From NCBI GenBank assembly GCA_965203355.1, contig OZ241889.1:32001-96000 (forward strand): 64,000 bases of DNA, written 5' to 3'. The notes beneath the pieces are model-generated. The model was given only the letters and a program-made list of their open reading frames with translations, was not told the origin of the DNA and did not search any database. This DNA is from Candidatus Latescibacterota bacterium (lineage in GTDB: Bacteria; Latescibacterota; UBA2968; UBA8231). The stretch's first letter is position 1. Every line of letters starts with the position of its first letter. Position numbers and translations under genes: made by a program. Of this stretch, positions 18,922 to 28,700 are shown piece after piece.

Positions 18922-19794
18922 TCAGGCATCTGCATCTTCAATACCGCAGGCATCGACATAGACACTTAATAGGCGCTCCTGAAGCAAATTGCGCCCACCA
19001 GTTTCGACCGCGGCCTTATCGAGATTGAAGAAAAACTCAAGCGAGGCAGCGTCACCCACTTTGGCTGCGTATACCTCTGCCAAGCAGCCAAAGAACACTT
19101 CCAGGTCGAGTGGCGGTTTGAGACGGTGCCGGACAAGCAGCTCGGCGACGAGCCGGGTGGACTCGTCGCCACTGGGAGCTGTCGCGCCCGTGGTTAGTGG
19201 CACCCCTTGAGCCAGATGCAGGAAAACGAACTCCATACATTCCCGAAGCAGCCTAGACTCGCGGTCTTTAAGCGCATCGAGCCAGGCCGCTTCCGCCGCA
19301 CGGACCTGCCTTTTGGGGATTATGGCAGCACTGCGCCGCAATAAAATCCATAGACAGGTGATCAACCAACAGGCGGCCTGAAACAGGATTACCGCCAGCT
19401 CCACCAAAGCAACGACCACATGAATATAGACGGCATTCTTTCCGCGCACCTGGATACCTCCAACCTTGGCACTCGAATACCGCGGTTTGAACCAGTTGAA
19501 AGTTCCAACCGCCGTCTTGGTCGAGATCGAAAGGCCGCTCTTCGACAGATTGAGTTTGGTCGGTCCTTTGCCGTAGCGTCCCCGCAAGACGAAACGCCCG
19601 TTTTGTAGAGCGGCTTGTGTGCCGTTCGCGATCCGCGTTGATACGCGCATACCGCGACTGGAATTGGCCGTTACGTTGATCCCCGCTACCTTTGTTTCTA
19701 CACGCAAAGCAACCCCTCCAGTGCGGCTTACCCGAAGGTATTTACCGCGGTATTCAATGCGTTTTAACCGGCCGTCTGCATCTCGTTCCAACAA
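18922..19794 (-). CDS. Hypothetical membrane-anchored protein with a basic beta-rich N-terminus (DUF4236-like)
   Basis: AGGAGGT RBS and TTG start; PTKLNLSKSGLSIS resembles DUF4236; one hydrophobic helix. Confidence 0.6.
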   Translation of the reverse strand: MLERDADGRLKRIEYRGKYLRVSRTGGVALRVETKVAGINVTANSSRGMRVSTRIANGTQAALQNGRFVLRGRYGKGPTKLNLSKSGLSISTKTAVGTFNWFKPRYSSAKVGGIQVRGKNAVYIHVVVALVELAVILFQAACWLITCLWILLRRSAAIIPKRQVRAAEAAWLDALKDRESRLLRECMEFVFLHLAQGVPLTTGATAPSGDESTRLVAELLVRHRLKPPLDLEVFFGCLAEVYAAKVGDAASLEFFFNLDKAAVETGGRNLLQERLLSVYVDACGIEDADA

Positions 19795-19903
19795 TGAAAT
19801 TACCTCCTTTTAGCAAGAAAAAGAGCAGGGCCGTGGCAAAGTCGCCACGCACAAAGCGCCCGGTTCCCCATCCTTAAAAGCCCCTGCATTCGGTTGTATC
19901 CCC

Positions 19904-21625
19904 TCACAACCGCGGCCGCAAGTTCAGCAGCACCAACAGCCAAGTGCGGCTCCAGTACGCACTGTTGATATAGGGATTTTTCGCGCTGGGCCAGTTGGTC
20001 CAATAGGTCTCGTTGTGCGGGATGCGGTGCGGCCATTGGACGAGGGGAATGGAGGGTAACTCGGCCAGCCAGCGGTCCATGGCTTGCCGGTAAAGCTCGG
20101 CCATCTCCGGCGCGTCGGTCGGGGTCTGGCCCATCTGGTCGATCAGCGCGTCGTAGGCCGAGTTTTGCCAGCGCCAAGGCATGTCGGCTGGTTGGCCGGT
20201 GGGCTGGACAAAGCGGCTGTGGTACTGGCGCAGCACAAAATAGGGATCGCGCATCGAGCTGAAGTTGCCGATTAGGTACGCACGGGCCGTGCCCTGACGC
20301 AGGCGCGTGGAAAAGTCCGAGGTCATGCGAAAAGAGGCGTTGATGCCGGCCTTTTTGAGCTGGGCGATGAGCACCGGCGTCAAGTCCTGAAAGTGGGAGA
20401 AAATGTCGATGACCATGCTCAACGGCTGCCCGTCTTTCTCCCAGAAAACCCCGTTGCGCACGTAGCCTTTGCGGGCGAGTATCTCCGCGCTCTTTTCCAG
20501 GTCAAAGACGCCAACTTGGTGTTTGGCGATCAAGTCCTCGGCCAGCGTAAAATACCGACTCATCTGCGGCAGATCGGGCAAGGGCAGCAAGGTCAACGCA
20601 CCTGAGTTTTGCCAGCCAATGGCTACGAGCTGTTCGCGGTCGATCGCGTAGTTGACCGCCCGGCGCATCGCCGGGTCGGACCAAGGGGCCTCCAGCCCAT
20701 TAAACCCCAGCGAAATGGGCCACCAAGTAATGTAGCTATACGGCGGCTCGCGGCCCGTCCAAGTGGTGATGTTGCGATTGCGCTCCAAGAGAGAGACCAT
20801 GTTGGCCGGACGCAGCTCCAAGCAAGTGTCGATGTTGTTGGCGATCAGGTTTTGCACGCGCTTGTGTTCTTCCATGTAGGTCAGGTAGATCAGCCGCTCG
20901 ACTTGGGGCAACTCCTGAAAGCCAAGTTGCTCAGCCCACCAACCCTCGCGCAGGTCCCAGATCCGCTGGGCTGGTTCCGAACGCACCATGCGATAGGGAC
21001 CGGTCAGCACCGGCCAGCCTTTTTGCAGATCGAAATTGGAAAAAGTCAGCGGGTCTTTGTCCTCCCAGATGTGCTTGGGCACGATGGGGACGCCTTGGTC
21101 GCCGCTGTGGACGAAATAGCTGAAGAGGAAGCGCGGGTTAGGGGCCTTGAGCGCGACGCGCGCCGTCAGACTGTCGAGGGCGACCACCTCTTCGACCCAA
21201 GTCGCCATATCCGTCGAGTACACGAGCTGTGGGGCGTGCTCCACCAGCATCTTGATGGTGAAGACCAAGTCGTGCGCCGACCAAGGATGCCCATCGCTCC
21301 ACTCGACGCCCGGCCGAATTTTAACCACGAGTTCGGTGAAATGCTCGTTGAAGTGATGGCTCTCGGCGATCCAAGGTATTAACTCGGAATCTTCCTCGTA
21401 GGCGTTGAAGAAGTAGAGCGGCTCGTAGAGAAAGTTATATCCTATGCGCGAGATGCTGCCCGGGATGAAGGGATTGAAGGAGTTGTAATCCTGGATCTGG
21501 CCGGAGCACGTATTAGGCTCGGCGCAGTCCATGATGAGGGTCCGGTGGCGCGGCACCTTTTTGAGGGTGCCCTCGTCGCCGGCGCAGGCGAGGAAGGATA
21601 CGGTGGCTAAAAGCAAAATGTACAT
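19904..21625 (-). CDS. ABC transporter substrate-binding lipoprotein (family 5)
   Basis: Lipobox-like LAC, YEPLY, WSDGHPWSAHDLVFT, TGPY, RRAVNYAIDRE. Confidence 0.9.
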   Translation of the reverse strand: MYILLLATVSFLACAGDEGTLKKVPRHRTLIMDCAEPNTCSGQIQDYNSFNPFIPGSISRIGYNFLYEPLYFFNAYEEDSELIPWIAESHHFNEHFTELVVKIRPGVEWSDGHPWSAHDLVFTIKMLVEHAPQLVYSTDMATWVEEVVALDSLTARVALKAPNPRFLFSYFVHSGDQGVPIVPKHIWEDKDPLTFSNFDLQKGWPVLTGPYRMVRSEPAQRIWDLREGWWAEQLGFQELPQVERLIYLTYMEEHKRVQNLIANNIDTCLELRPANMVSLLERNRNITTWTGREPPYSYITWWPISLGFNGLEAPWSDPAMRRAVNYAIDREQLVAIGWQNSGALTLLPLPDLPQMSRYFTLAEDLIAKHQVGVFDLEKSAEILARKGYVRNGVFWEKDGQPLSMVIDIFSHFQDLTPVLIAQLKKAGINASFRMTSDFSTRLRQGTARAYLIGNFSSMRDPYFVLRQYHSRFVQPTGQPADMPWRWQNSAYDALIDQMGQTPTDAPEMAELYRQAMDRWLAELPSIPLVQWPHRIPHNETYWTNWPSAKNPYINSAYWSRTWLLVLLNLRPRL

Positions 21626-21640
21626 AGGCCCTATTCTCTT

Positions 21641-22450
21641 TTAACGGCATTGCAGCGCACAAGCGCGGCTTTGGGCCAGCGCGGCTACGGGGTCGGGAAG
21701 TTGGGGGCTAAGCTCAATGCTCGCCGGGCCGGCGTACGGGCTCAGGGCGAGGGCGGCAAACGTCGCGGCGAGCCCCTCCTCGGTCAACACACCCGCTAGC
21801 AGGGGCCAGTGCAAATCGGCCTCCCCGTCGTTGTCATCCAGATGCACGTACCCAAGCCGATCTCCGGCAGCCGCGACGACCGCGGCCGGTTCTTCCTTGG
21901 ACATCTGTAGGTGGCCGGTGTCGAGGAGCAAGTAGAGGTTGGGGTGGTTTAGACGGGACAGGTACTCCAAGGTCCCGGCCGCCGTTGGCAGCGCCTTGCC
22001 AGGGAAGTGCTCAACCCCGACGCGAATCGCCCGCGCGGCCGCAAAGTCCGCCACTTGCCCCAAGGCGTCCCCAAACTGAGGTAGCGCGGCGGGGTCGGTC
22101 CCTGGAACTACATACGCCGTGCTAGCACCAAGGGCGGCGGCGTGGTCCAGCGCCGCGCGGCAGTGGTCGAGAGCGGCTTGTCGAGCGGCGGGCGCGCCGT
22201 CGAGGGCCGCGCCCTCTTCCATGTTAAAGCACAGCGCGAGGCAGGAGACCGACAGGCCGAGGTCGCCAAGGCACGTGCGCGACGCCGGGCTGACAAAGGT
22301 CTTCGCCTGCACGTCAATGGAGCGAAAGCCGATAGCGGCGATAGCGGCGAGGGCGTCTTCTTCCGGGCCAGTCAAGGCCCAAGCACAACAGGATAGCACC
22401 GCGATCTTTCCTTTCGGTAAGCAGGTCAAGCGGGCAGCACACCGTAGCAC
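21641..22450 (-). CDS. Sugar phosphate isomerase/epimerase (TIM barrel); start uncertain
   Basis: VEHFPG, LLDTGH, YVHLDDNDG, IEL metal-binding motifs. Confidence 0.85.
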   Translation of the reverse strand: MLRCAARLTCLPKGKIAVLSCCAWALTGPEEDALAAIAAIGFRSIDVQAKTFVSPASRTCLGDLGLSVSCLALCFNMEEGAALDGAPAARQAALDHCRAALDHAAALGASTAYVVPGTDPAALPQFGDALGQVADFAAARAIRVGVEHFPGKALPTAAGTLEYLSRLNHPNLYLLLDTGHLQMSKEEPAAVVAAAGDRLGYVHLDDNDGEADLHWPLLAGVLTEEGLAATFAALALSPYAGPASIELSPQLPDPVAALAQSRACALQCR

Positions 22451-23229
22451 ACGCGGCGAGTTTCCTCGACCTTGGCGAAACCGAGGCGCGCCAGGGCGTG
22501 GCCGGGCCGGCGGTCCTTCATCACCACGCGGCGGCGAGCAACGCGGCGGGCCTCGCCCACATCCGCCGGAGCGGGGCTACCCCCCCGAGCCAAGTAGCGG
22601 ACCAAATCTAAGCCCGGAGCGTCGGCCATAGTTTCGCTAAACATGGGGTCAAAGTAAACCACATCCCAAGCGTCGTCGGCTTCGCGGCGCAGATAGTCGG
22701 CATAATCGGCGTTTAGGACTTCGACGCGGCGCATGGCCGGGGCGAGGACCGGCGGATCGTCAAGCACGTAGCAAGCCAGGCCACGGGCGACCAGCAGCGC
22801 CAACAGCGGCGAGGCTTCGAGGGTGCGGACGCGACCCGACGCGCCGACCTTGTAAGCGGCCACGATGGCGTCCGCCGCCAAACCGCAGGTACAATCGAGA
22901 ACGCGGTCGCCTAGTTTGAGTTGCAAGGCGTCAATCAAAATGTCGGGCTTGCCTTGTTCCAAGGCGAGGACCCGCAATTTGGCCATGTTGGGATGGTAGC
23001 GGAGGCTCCGTCCGGCGACCCAAAGGGCGAGCTGGCCGCGCTCGACGACAATCAGGCCGGCGAGGGCCTCGTCCACCGCCATTTCAGCGAGCGAGCGGTG
23101 GGCGCGCGGCACATAGCGGTAGCCCGTTTTGCCGGCCAGGCAACGCGCCTTCGCAAGCTCCCGAGGGCCGGGGCGCGAAGCGGTCGTTACGGCGAGAGCG
23201 AGCGGTGGTTCCTGCATCCGGCGGTACAA
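22426..23229 (-). CDS. Class I SAM-dependent methyltransferase (RsmJ-like)
   Basis: VLDCTCGLAADA and DVVYFDPMF motifs. Confidence 0.8.
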   Translation of the reverse strand: MYRRMQEPPLALAVTTASRPGPRELAKARCLAGKTGYRYVPRAHRSLAEMAVDEALAGLIVVERGQLALWVAGRSLRYHPNMAKLRVLALEQGKPDILIDALQLKLGDRVLDCTCGLAADAIVAAYKVGASGRVRTLEASPLLALLVARGLACYVLDDPPVLAPAMRRVEVLNADYADYLRREADDAWDVVYFDPMFSETMADAPGLDLVRYLARGGSPAPADVGEARRVARRRVVMKDRRPGHALARLGFAKVEETRRVCYGVLPA

Positions 23230-23244
23230 CGGCCTTCAACCCAC

Positions 23245-24555
23245 TTAGGCTGGGACAAAACGCTCCAGTCGCCAGCGCTTGGCCCACGTCTTTTCCAAAC
23301 GCACGCACAAGCACACGTCGTTGCCCTGATACGTCTCCGCGAGGACCTGACCCTGCTGATGTAAATGGGCCAAGAGTCGGCCCTCGGCTTGGGGAACTTG
23401 CAACTCCAAAGTGATGTCATCGGCGACGCGATACGCGCGTATTTTGTCGCGCAGCGCGTCGAGGTTGATGGCTTGGCTAGCTGAGATGGCGATGGCGTCT
23501 TCGCGGCCTGCGTATGCGGCCACGACCCGCTCCTCTTCGCCGGGGGCGACCTGATCGATTTTGTTGTACACCCTCAGAGTGGGGCTGTCGGCCAGCCCGA
23601 GGTCGCGGAGGACGCGCTCGACCGTGGCGACCTGCGACTCGTAGTACGGAAAGCTCAAGTCGATCACGTGGAGTAGCAAGTCGGCCTCCACGGCCTCTTC
23701 GAGCGTAGCGCGGAAAGAGGCAAACAGGTGGTGGGGTAGGCGGTTGATAAAACCGACCGTATCGGTGAGCAGGATCTTGTGGTTGCGGTCGAGATCAACG
23801 GCGCGGGTGGTCGAGTCCAAGGTGGCAAAAAGCTGGTCCTCAACTAGCACGTCCGCGCCGGAGAGCATCCGCATCAGGGTGGACTTGCCGGCGTTGGTAT
23901 AGCCCACGAGCGCTACCTTAAAAGCATCGGCGCGATTTCTGCGGTTGGTCGCCATCTGCACGCCGATCTTGTCGAGCTTGGCCTTTAGGAGATTGATCTG
24001 ACGGCGAATCAGGTGGCGGTCAATATCCAATTGTTTTTCGCCTGGGCCTCGAGCGCCGGTCGCCACGCCGGTTGCCCCCCTCCCGCGAACGGCCCCGCTG
24101 CCAGCTTGGCGCGACAGGTGGGTCCAGTAGTTAGTCAGGCGCGGCAGGAGGTAGTTGAGCTGGGCCAACTCGACTTGGAGCCGCGCCGTGTGGGTGCGCG
24201 CGTGGCGGGCGAAAATGTCCAAGATCACCGCGCTGCGGTCGATGATGCGGCGGTTGGTGACGCGCTCCAAGTTGCGCATCTGAGCGGGCGCGAGGTCGTT
24301 GTCAAAGACGATCGCGTCGGCTTTGCACTCGGCCGCAAGCTGCTTGAGGGCAGCGGCCTTGCCCTTGCCGACGTAATGGGCCGGATCAATGCGGTCGCGC
24401 CCTTGAAGCTGACGCGCGGCTTCAACGAAGCCGGCCGTAGCGGCTAAGCGACCGAGTTCGTCGAGGGAGTGCTCGGCCTCCCAAACCGGCATCTCGGGCA
24501 GGGAGACGCCGACGAGGATGACGCGATCTGGGCTCGGTGTGCCATGTATTTCCAT
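23245..24555 (-). CDS. hflX: GTPase HflX
   Basis: GYTNAGKST, LFATLD, DTVGF, NKID, GPGEKQL. Confidence 0.96.
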   Translation of the reverse strand: MEIHGTPSPDRVILVGVSLPEMPVWEAEHSLDELGRLAATAGFVEAARQLQGRDRIDPAHYVGKGKAAALKQLAAECKADAIVFDNDLAPAQMRNLERVTNRRIIDRSAVILDIFARHARTHTARLQVELAQLNYLLPRLTNYWTHLSRQAGSGAVRGRGATGVATGARGPGEKQLDIDRHLIRRQINLLKAKLDKIGVQMATNRRNRADAFKVALVGYTNAGKSTLMRMLSGADVLVEDQLFATLDSTTRAVDLDRNHKILLTDTVGFINRLPHHLFASFRATLEEAVEADLLLHVIDLSFPYYESQVATVERVLRDLGLADSPTLRVYNKIDQVAPGEEERVVAAYAGREDAIAISASQAINLDALRDKIRAYRVADDITLELQVPQAEGRLLAHLHQQGQVLAETYQGNDVCLCVRLEKTWAKRWRLERFVPA

Positions 24556-24736
24556 GCGGCCTTCTTCCTTTTTTGGGCTTGCTGTACAGTGCCTCAAACA
24601 CACACAGAACGCATCACTTTGTCAATATCGCAAAGGCGTTTTCGCGCCGCCAACACACGCTGGCCATAAAACAATCGCTTTGGCAGCAATCGCCGCCAGT
24701 TTTGTCGTCCCTTTGGGCAAACATCGTCGTTTAACA

Positions 24737-24792
24737 TTGACTTTTTGATAAATTAAACCTATGGTAGTAGCCTTGTTTTGCAAACGATTGCT
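24737..24792 (+). promoter_or_regulatory. Putative sigma70 promoter with a downstream LacI-type operator
   Basis: TTGACT (24737), 17 bp, TATGGT (24760); TGCAAACGATTGCT (24779-24792) fits TGNAANCGNTTNCA except at the last base. Confidence 0.5.
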
Positions 24793-24975
24793 TTCCATCA
24801 AAACACGAGCCACCCCATAGCTCCTGCTCTGCCTTTGCGCCTAGTCTATTCGCATTTCTAACAAATAATACAGCCTACCCATTTTAGCCCTGTTGACTTG
24901 CCGATGAGTCTGCCGGGCACGAGATCATGGCCCGAATTTTTGTTGCCGTCTGTAAGCGGAAAAAGAGGACTGACC

Positions 24976-26199
24976 ATGAGCAAACACAGCGGCGGAAATG
25001 CTAACGAGGACCTGTTGCGCGACTTGCGGCTCGCGGTTTGGCGGCACAAAGAACCAGCGGGCGAATTCATGATTCTAGCCCAGGTCTGTCAGACCTTGGA
25101 CCACGCCGGGGTCGCTTACGACGGTTGCCGGTTGTACCGAGTACACACCGACAACGGCGAACACAAGACGCGCGTCCATCCCTTGACAGCCGACGGGCAT
25201 TGGTCGCCGCTAACCAAAGGACAGCAGTGGGTGCTGGGAGCGTGGAAATCAGCCGCGACCTGCTATCGAGCACCGAGCCGCCACGGCGAATGCGCCTGGT
25301 TGGCCCAACAGATGCGCTGCCGTGTCAAAGCCATCCTCGAAACGACCTTTGATCAAGGCGTCCTAGCCGTTTATCGCAAAGAAGCCATCACCTGCCGCAA
25401 CGCAGACATCGGCTTGTTCAAGGGCTTGGGCGAAGTCCTCAGCGGACTATACTGCCGACAAGAAGACCTGTTGCAATTGCAGGCCAAAGAAGCCCAGTTG
25501 CGCCAAGCACAGAAATTGCAGGGGATGGGGCAACTGACAACCGAGTTCGCCGGCGAAATCAACCAACACTTAGAGGCGATCATCGGCGAGACCAGCCTGC
25601 TGCGCGAAGGCGACTTAGCACCCGTCGTCAGCCATGGCGTACAAGTTGTGTACGAGGCCGGCCTCCAAGCGCACAGCACCAGCAAGCGGCTGTTAGAGTA
25701 CGCGCGCCAGCAGAAGACGCAAAAGGAATGGATCAACTTCACCCGCCTCGTGCAGGAGACCGTCCGGCTGACGCGCCAGACGCTCTTGCAAGACCAGATC
25801 GAAATCGTCGAGGCCCTAGCCCCAAACCTGCCCTATATCAAAGCCCATGCCGGCCAACTCCAACAGGTCGTCCTCAATCTCATCCAAAATAGCCGCGATG
25901 CCATCAAGCAGGTGCGCGATGCCGGGCGGATCGCGCTGCGGCTATCGACCCGCCAAGGCTGCATCGCGTTGAAGGTCGAAGACAATGGACCGGGCATTCC
26001 CGCAGAAATCCGGGCCGACGTTTTTGCCCCTTTCTTCACGACCAAGGCGTCGAGCCAGCACAGCGGATTGGGCTTGAGCGTCTGCATGGGCATTGCCCGC
26101 GACCACCACGGCCGCCTATTCGTCGAAGACTGCGTCCACGGGGCCTGTGTAGTCTTGGAATTGCCCAGCAGTTCGCTCGCCGCGTTAGTAAACAACTGA
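24976..26199 (+). CDS. Histidine kinase-like protein with an intact HATPase domain and a degenerate H-box
   Basis: N box QVVLNLIQNSRDA, G1 DNGPGI, F box FFTTK, G2 GLGLS; H-box reads FAGEINQHL. Confidence 0.85.
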   Translation: MSKHSGGNANEDLLRDLRLAVWRHKEPAGEFMILAQVCQTLDHAGVAYDGCRLYRVHTDNGEHKTRVHPLTADGHWSPLTKGQQWVLGAWKSAATCYRAPSRHGECAWLAQQMRCRVKAILETTFDQGVLAVYRKEAITCRNADIGLFKGLGEVLSGLYCRQEDLLQLQAKEAQLRQAQKLQGMGQLTTEFAGEINQHLEAIIGETSLLREGDLAPVVSHGVQVVYEAGLQAHSTSKRLLEYARQQKTQKEWINFTRLVQETVRLTRQTLLQDQIEIVEALAPNLPYIKAHAGQLQQVVLNLIQNSRDAIKQVRDAGRIALRLSTRQGCIALKVEDNGPGIPAEIRADVFAPFFTTKASSQHSGLGLSVCMGIARDHHGRLFVEDCVHGACVVLELPSSSLAALVNN

Positions 26200-26256
26200 C
26201 CTTGTTGCAACGGGTGCGCTCTTATATGTTCAGACCCACAGCGCGCAACGCGGGAG

Positions 26257-26751
26257 ATGAAGCGCATGGTCATCGTACTAATGGGCGTAACGGGCAGCGG
26301 CAAAACGACGGTAGGCGAACAGCTCGCCCAACAGCTCGGATGGGCTTATTACGACGCCGACGACTTCCACCCGGAAGCCAACGTGTGCAAAATGGCCAGC
26401 GGCACCCCGCTTACCGACGCGGATCGCTGGCCATGGCTAGAAGTCCTTTCTGAAGCCATCGAGCACTGGCTCCGGGCCGAGCAAGGCGCGATACTCGGCT
26501 GCTCTGCGCTCAAACAGAGCTACCGCGACCTCTTGGTCGGCGGACGGCCCGGCGTGCAGATCGTCCATCTTAAAGGCCCAAAGGCACTCATCGCCCGGCG
26601 GCTCAAAACGCGGCAACACCGCTACATGCCGGCCAGCCTGCTCGACAGCCAGTTTGCAACCCTCGAAGAGCCACACGACGCCCTGAGCGTGGACATCGGC
26701 CCGGCGCCAGCAGCCATTGCCGCGTTCATTCGCACGGTCTTGCAGCTCTGA
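26257..26751 (+). CDS. gntK: Gluconokinase (GntK/IdnK type)
   Basis: MGVTGSGKTT, DADDFHP, DRWPWL, CSALK, LLDSQFATLEEP. Confidence 0.95.
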   Translation: MKRMVIVLMGVTGSGKTTVGEQLAQQLGWAYYDADDFHPEANVCKMASGTPLTDADRWPWLEVLSEAIEHWLRAEQGAILGCSALKQSYRDLLVGGRPGVQIVHLKGPKALIARRLKTRQHRYMPASLLDSQFATLEEPHDALSVDIGPAPAAIAAFIRTVLQL

Positions 26752-28443
26752 TTAGGTGCCCCATCCCAAGTACACAAACAAGTACATCGCCAAAAAAATC
26801 GTCACCAACAACACGCTGCTACTGATGGGCCACGCCCGCGCAAAGACGCCCGCCGGGCCGTGATATTGGCGCACCTTTGCCAGCAGAGCGAAGACCTGTC
26901 GCTGGCCCCAATCGACCCCTCCTGCCCACAGCGGCGCACCCACCCGGACGCACCACCGCGCCGCCCCTATCAGCAGCTTGCGATAGGTCCAGTCCACGTC
27001 GATATTGGCCGAGCGCAGCTCCGGCGGGTAGTTGCCCGTCAGCTTGAGCGCGACAAAGGCCAGCGCCGAAAAGAACAAAAGCTGGAGTTGCAAAACGATG
27101 TGGGTCGCATTGTACGGATCATAGGCAATCGGGTAGGGCAGGAGCCGGTACAGATAGTGCGGGAACGAGCCAACGCCAATACACAGCACCGCCCCAATCC
27201 CCATCGCCCAGAGCATGTTGCGCGGGGCTTCGCGGCAGCGGATCCCGGCGTCGTGGGCGAAGAAGGCAAAGAAGGGAACCTTAATGCCGGCGTACACGCC
27301 TATCGAGGCAAACAGCAACAGCAACCACACCACGAGGTGTCCCTCTTTGGCCGCGGCCTGCGTGATCATGGACTTGCTGATAAAGCCGCTAAAGAGCGGG
27401 AAGGCCGAAATCGACGCGGCTCCGACCATGCAGAAGCCGCAGGTCAACGGCATGGATTTGTACAGCCCCCCGAGATCCGATCCTTTAATCCGGCCAGTCC
27501 GATAGATCACCGCCCCCATCGACATGAACAGGAGTGCCTTGTAGAGGACATGGACAAAGGCGTGGGCCACTGCGCCGTTGACGCCCATGCCCGGCCCCAA
27601 GCCGACGCCAATGACCATAAAGCCGAGCTGGTTGATGATACTGTAGCTCAACACGCGGCGCAGATCGTTTTCAATCACCGCATAGAAGATGGGGAACATC
27701 GCCATGGCCGCGCCGATGTAGAGCAGAAATTCGGTGCCGGCAAAACTGCGCGCCAACACATAGACCGCGGTCTTGGTGCTAAAGCAACTCAAAAAGACCG
27801 CGCCCGTGGGCGTGGATTCCGGGTAGGCATCCACCAGCCACGAGTGCAACAATGGAAAGGCGCATTTAATGCCAACGCCGAGGAAAATCAGCCGCGTCGC
27901 CCAGCTATCAATGCCCAGATGACCCAGTGCCAGCGAACCGGTCTGCTGGTAGTGCCACGCCGTGCCGACCAACAGCAGCAAGCCAGAACTGACCTGGATC
28001 AGCAGGTAGCGCGTACCCGCGGCAATGGCCCTGGCGCTTTGGTTGGCCCAGATCTGAAAAACCGAGCTGATCGCCAACAGCTCCCAGAAGATGAAGAGCA
28101 CCATGAGATCGCCGGCAAAGACCGCGCCCACAGCCGCGCCCGCGTACAGCAAGCCGGTCGCCGATTGCAAGCGGTCGCGCAGGTGCAGCGAAAAGAGTGC
28201 CGCGAGGAAGGCGGCCAAGTGAAAAAGATAGCCAAAGAGCAGGCTGAGTTTATCGACGCGCACCCAGTGCAATTCGCATCCAGCGAGGGAGCCGACCTGA
28301 CTGTAGCCTGCTTGATAGCCGAGGAGATTGTAGAATCCGGCCAGCGGCAACAGGAGCAACGCCACCCGCCGCACGGCCAGCGGCAAGACCGGCAACAAAA
28401 GCCCGCCGAACAGCAGGAAGGCGGCCGGATGCAGACTAATCAT
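26752..28443 (-). CDS. mrpD: Mrp-type Na+/H+ antiporter subunit D-like membrane protein
   Basis: FWELL, PLLHSWLVDAYPE, YSIINQLG, HAFVHVLYKALLF. Confidence 0.85.
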   Translation of the reverse strand: MISLHPAAFLLFGGLLLPVLPLAVRRVALLLLPLAGFYNLLGYQAGYSQVGSLAGCELHWVRVDKLSLLFGYLFHLAAFLAALFSLHLRDRLQSATGLLYAGAAVGAVFAGDLMVLFIFWELLAISSVFQIWANQSARAIAAGTRYLLIQVSSGLLLLVGTAWHYQQTGSLALGHLGIDSWATRLIFLGVGIKCAFPLLHSWLVDAYPESTPTGAVFLSCFSTKTAVYVLARSFAGTEFLLYIGAAMAMFPIFYAVIENDLRRVLSYSIINQLGFMVIGVGLGPGMGVNGAVAHAFVHVLYKALLFMSMGAVIYRTGRIKGSDLGGLYKSMPLTCGFCMVGAASISAFPLFSGFISKSMITQAAAKEGHLVVWLLLLFASIGVYAGIKVPFFAFFAHDAGIRCREAPRNMLWAMGIGAVLCIGVGSFPHYLYRLLPYPIAYDPYNATHIVLQLQLLFFSALAFVALKLTGNYPPELRSANIDVDWTYRKLLIGAARWCVRVGAPLWAGGVDWGQRQVFALLAKVRQYHGPAGVFARAWPISSSVLLVTIFLAMYLFVYLGWGT

Positions 28444-28696
28444 AGTAATCCTCGCGGCGCATCAGCACCTTGCGCATTTGAGTGGCCGCCAAAACCAAAA
28501 GCACACACGCGACAAACCCGTATATCGCGTAAAAGCCAAACCAGCCCTCAATCGGGAATACGCCTTCGGCAAAGTTCAAATGCCGATGGAAGAGCAGGTC
28601 CGCGCCCAAAAGCAAGGCGCAGAGCGCAAAGAAGATCCAGATCAAACGGCGGACGTTCCTCGGCGGGTCGAATAGGTGTTTTTTCTCTGCGTTCAC
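28436..28696 (-). CDS. Small two-TM accessory protein of the Mrp operon
   Basis: GTG start after GGAGGA RBS; two hydrophobic segments; ends LMRREDYYD; overlaps the next gene. Confidence 0.7.
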   Translation of the reverse strand: MNAEKKHLFDPPRNVRRLIWIFFALCALLLGADLLFHRHLNFAEGVFPIEGWFGFYAIYGFVACVLLVLAATQMRKVLMRREDYYD

Positions 28697-28700
28697 AACC

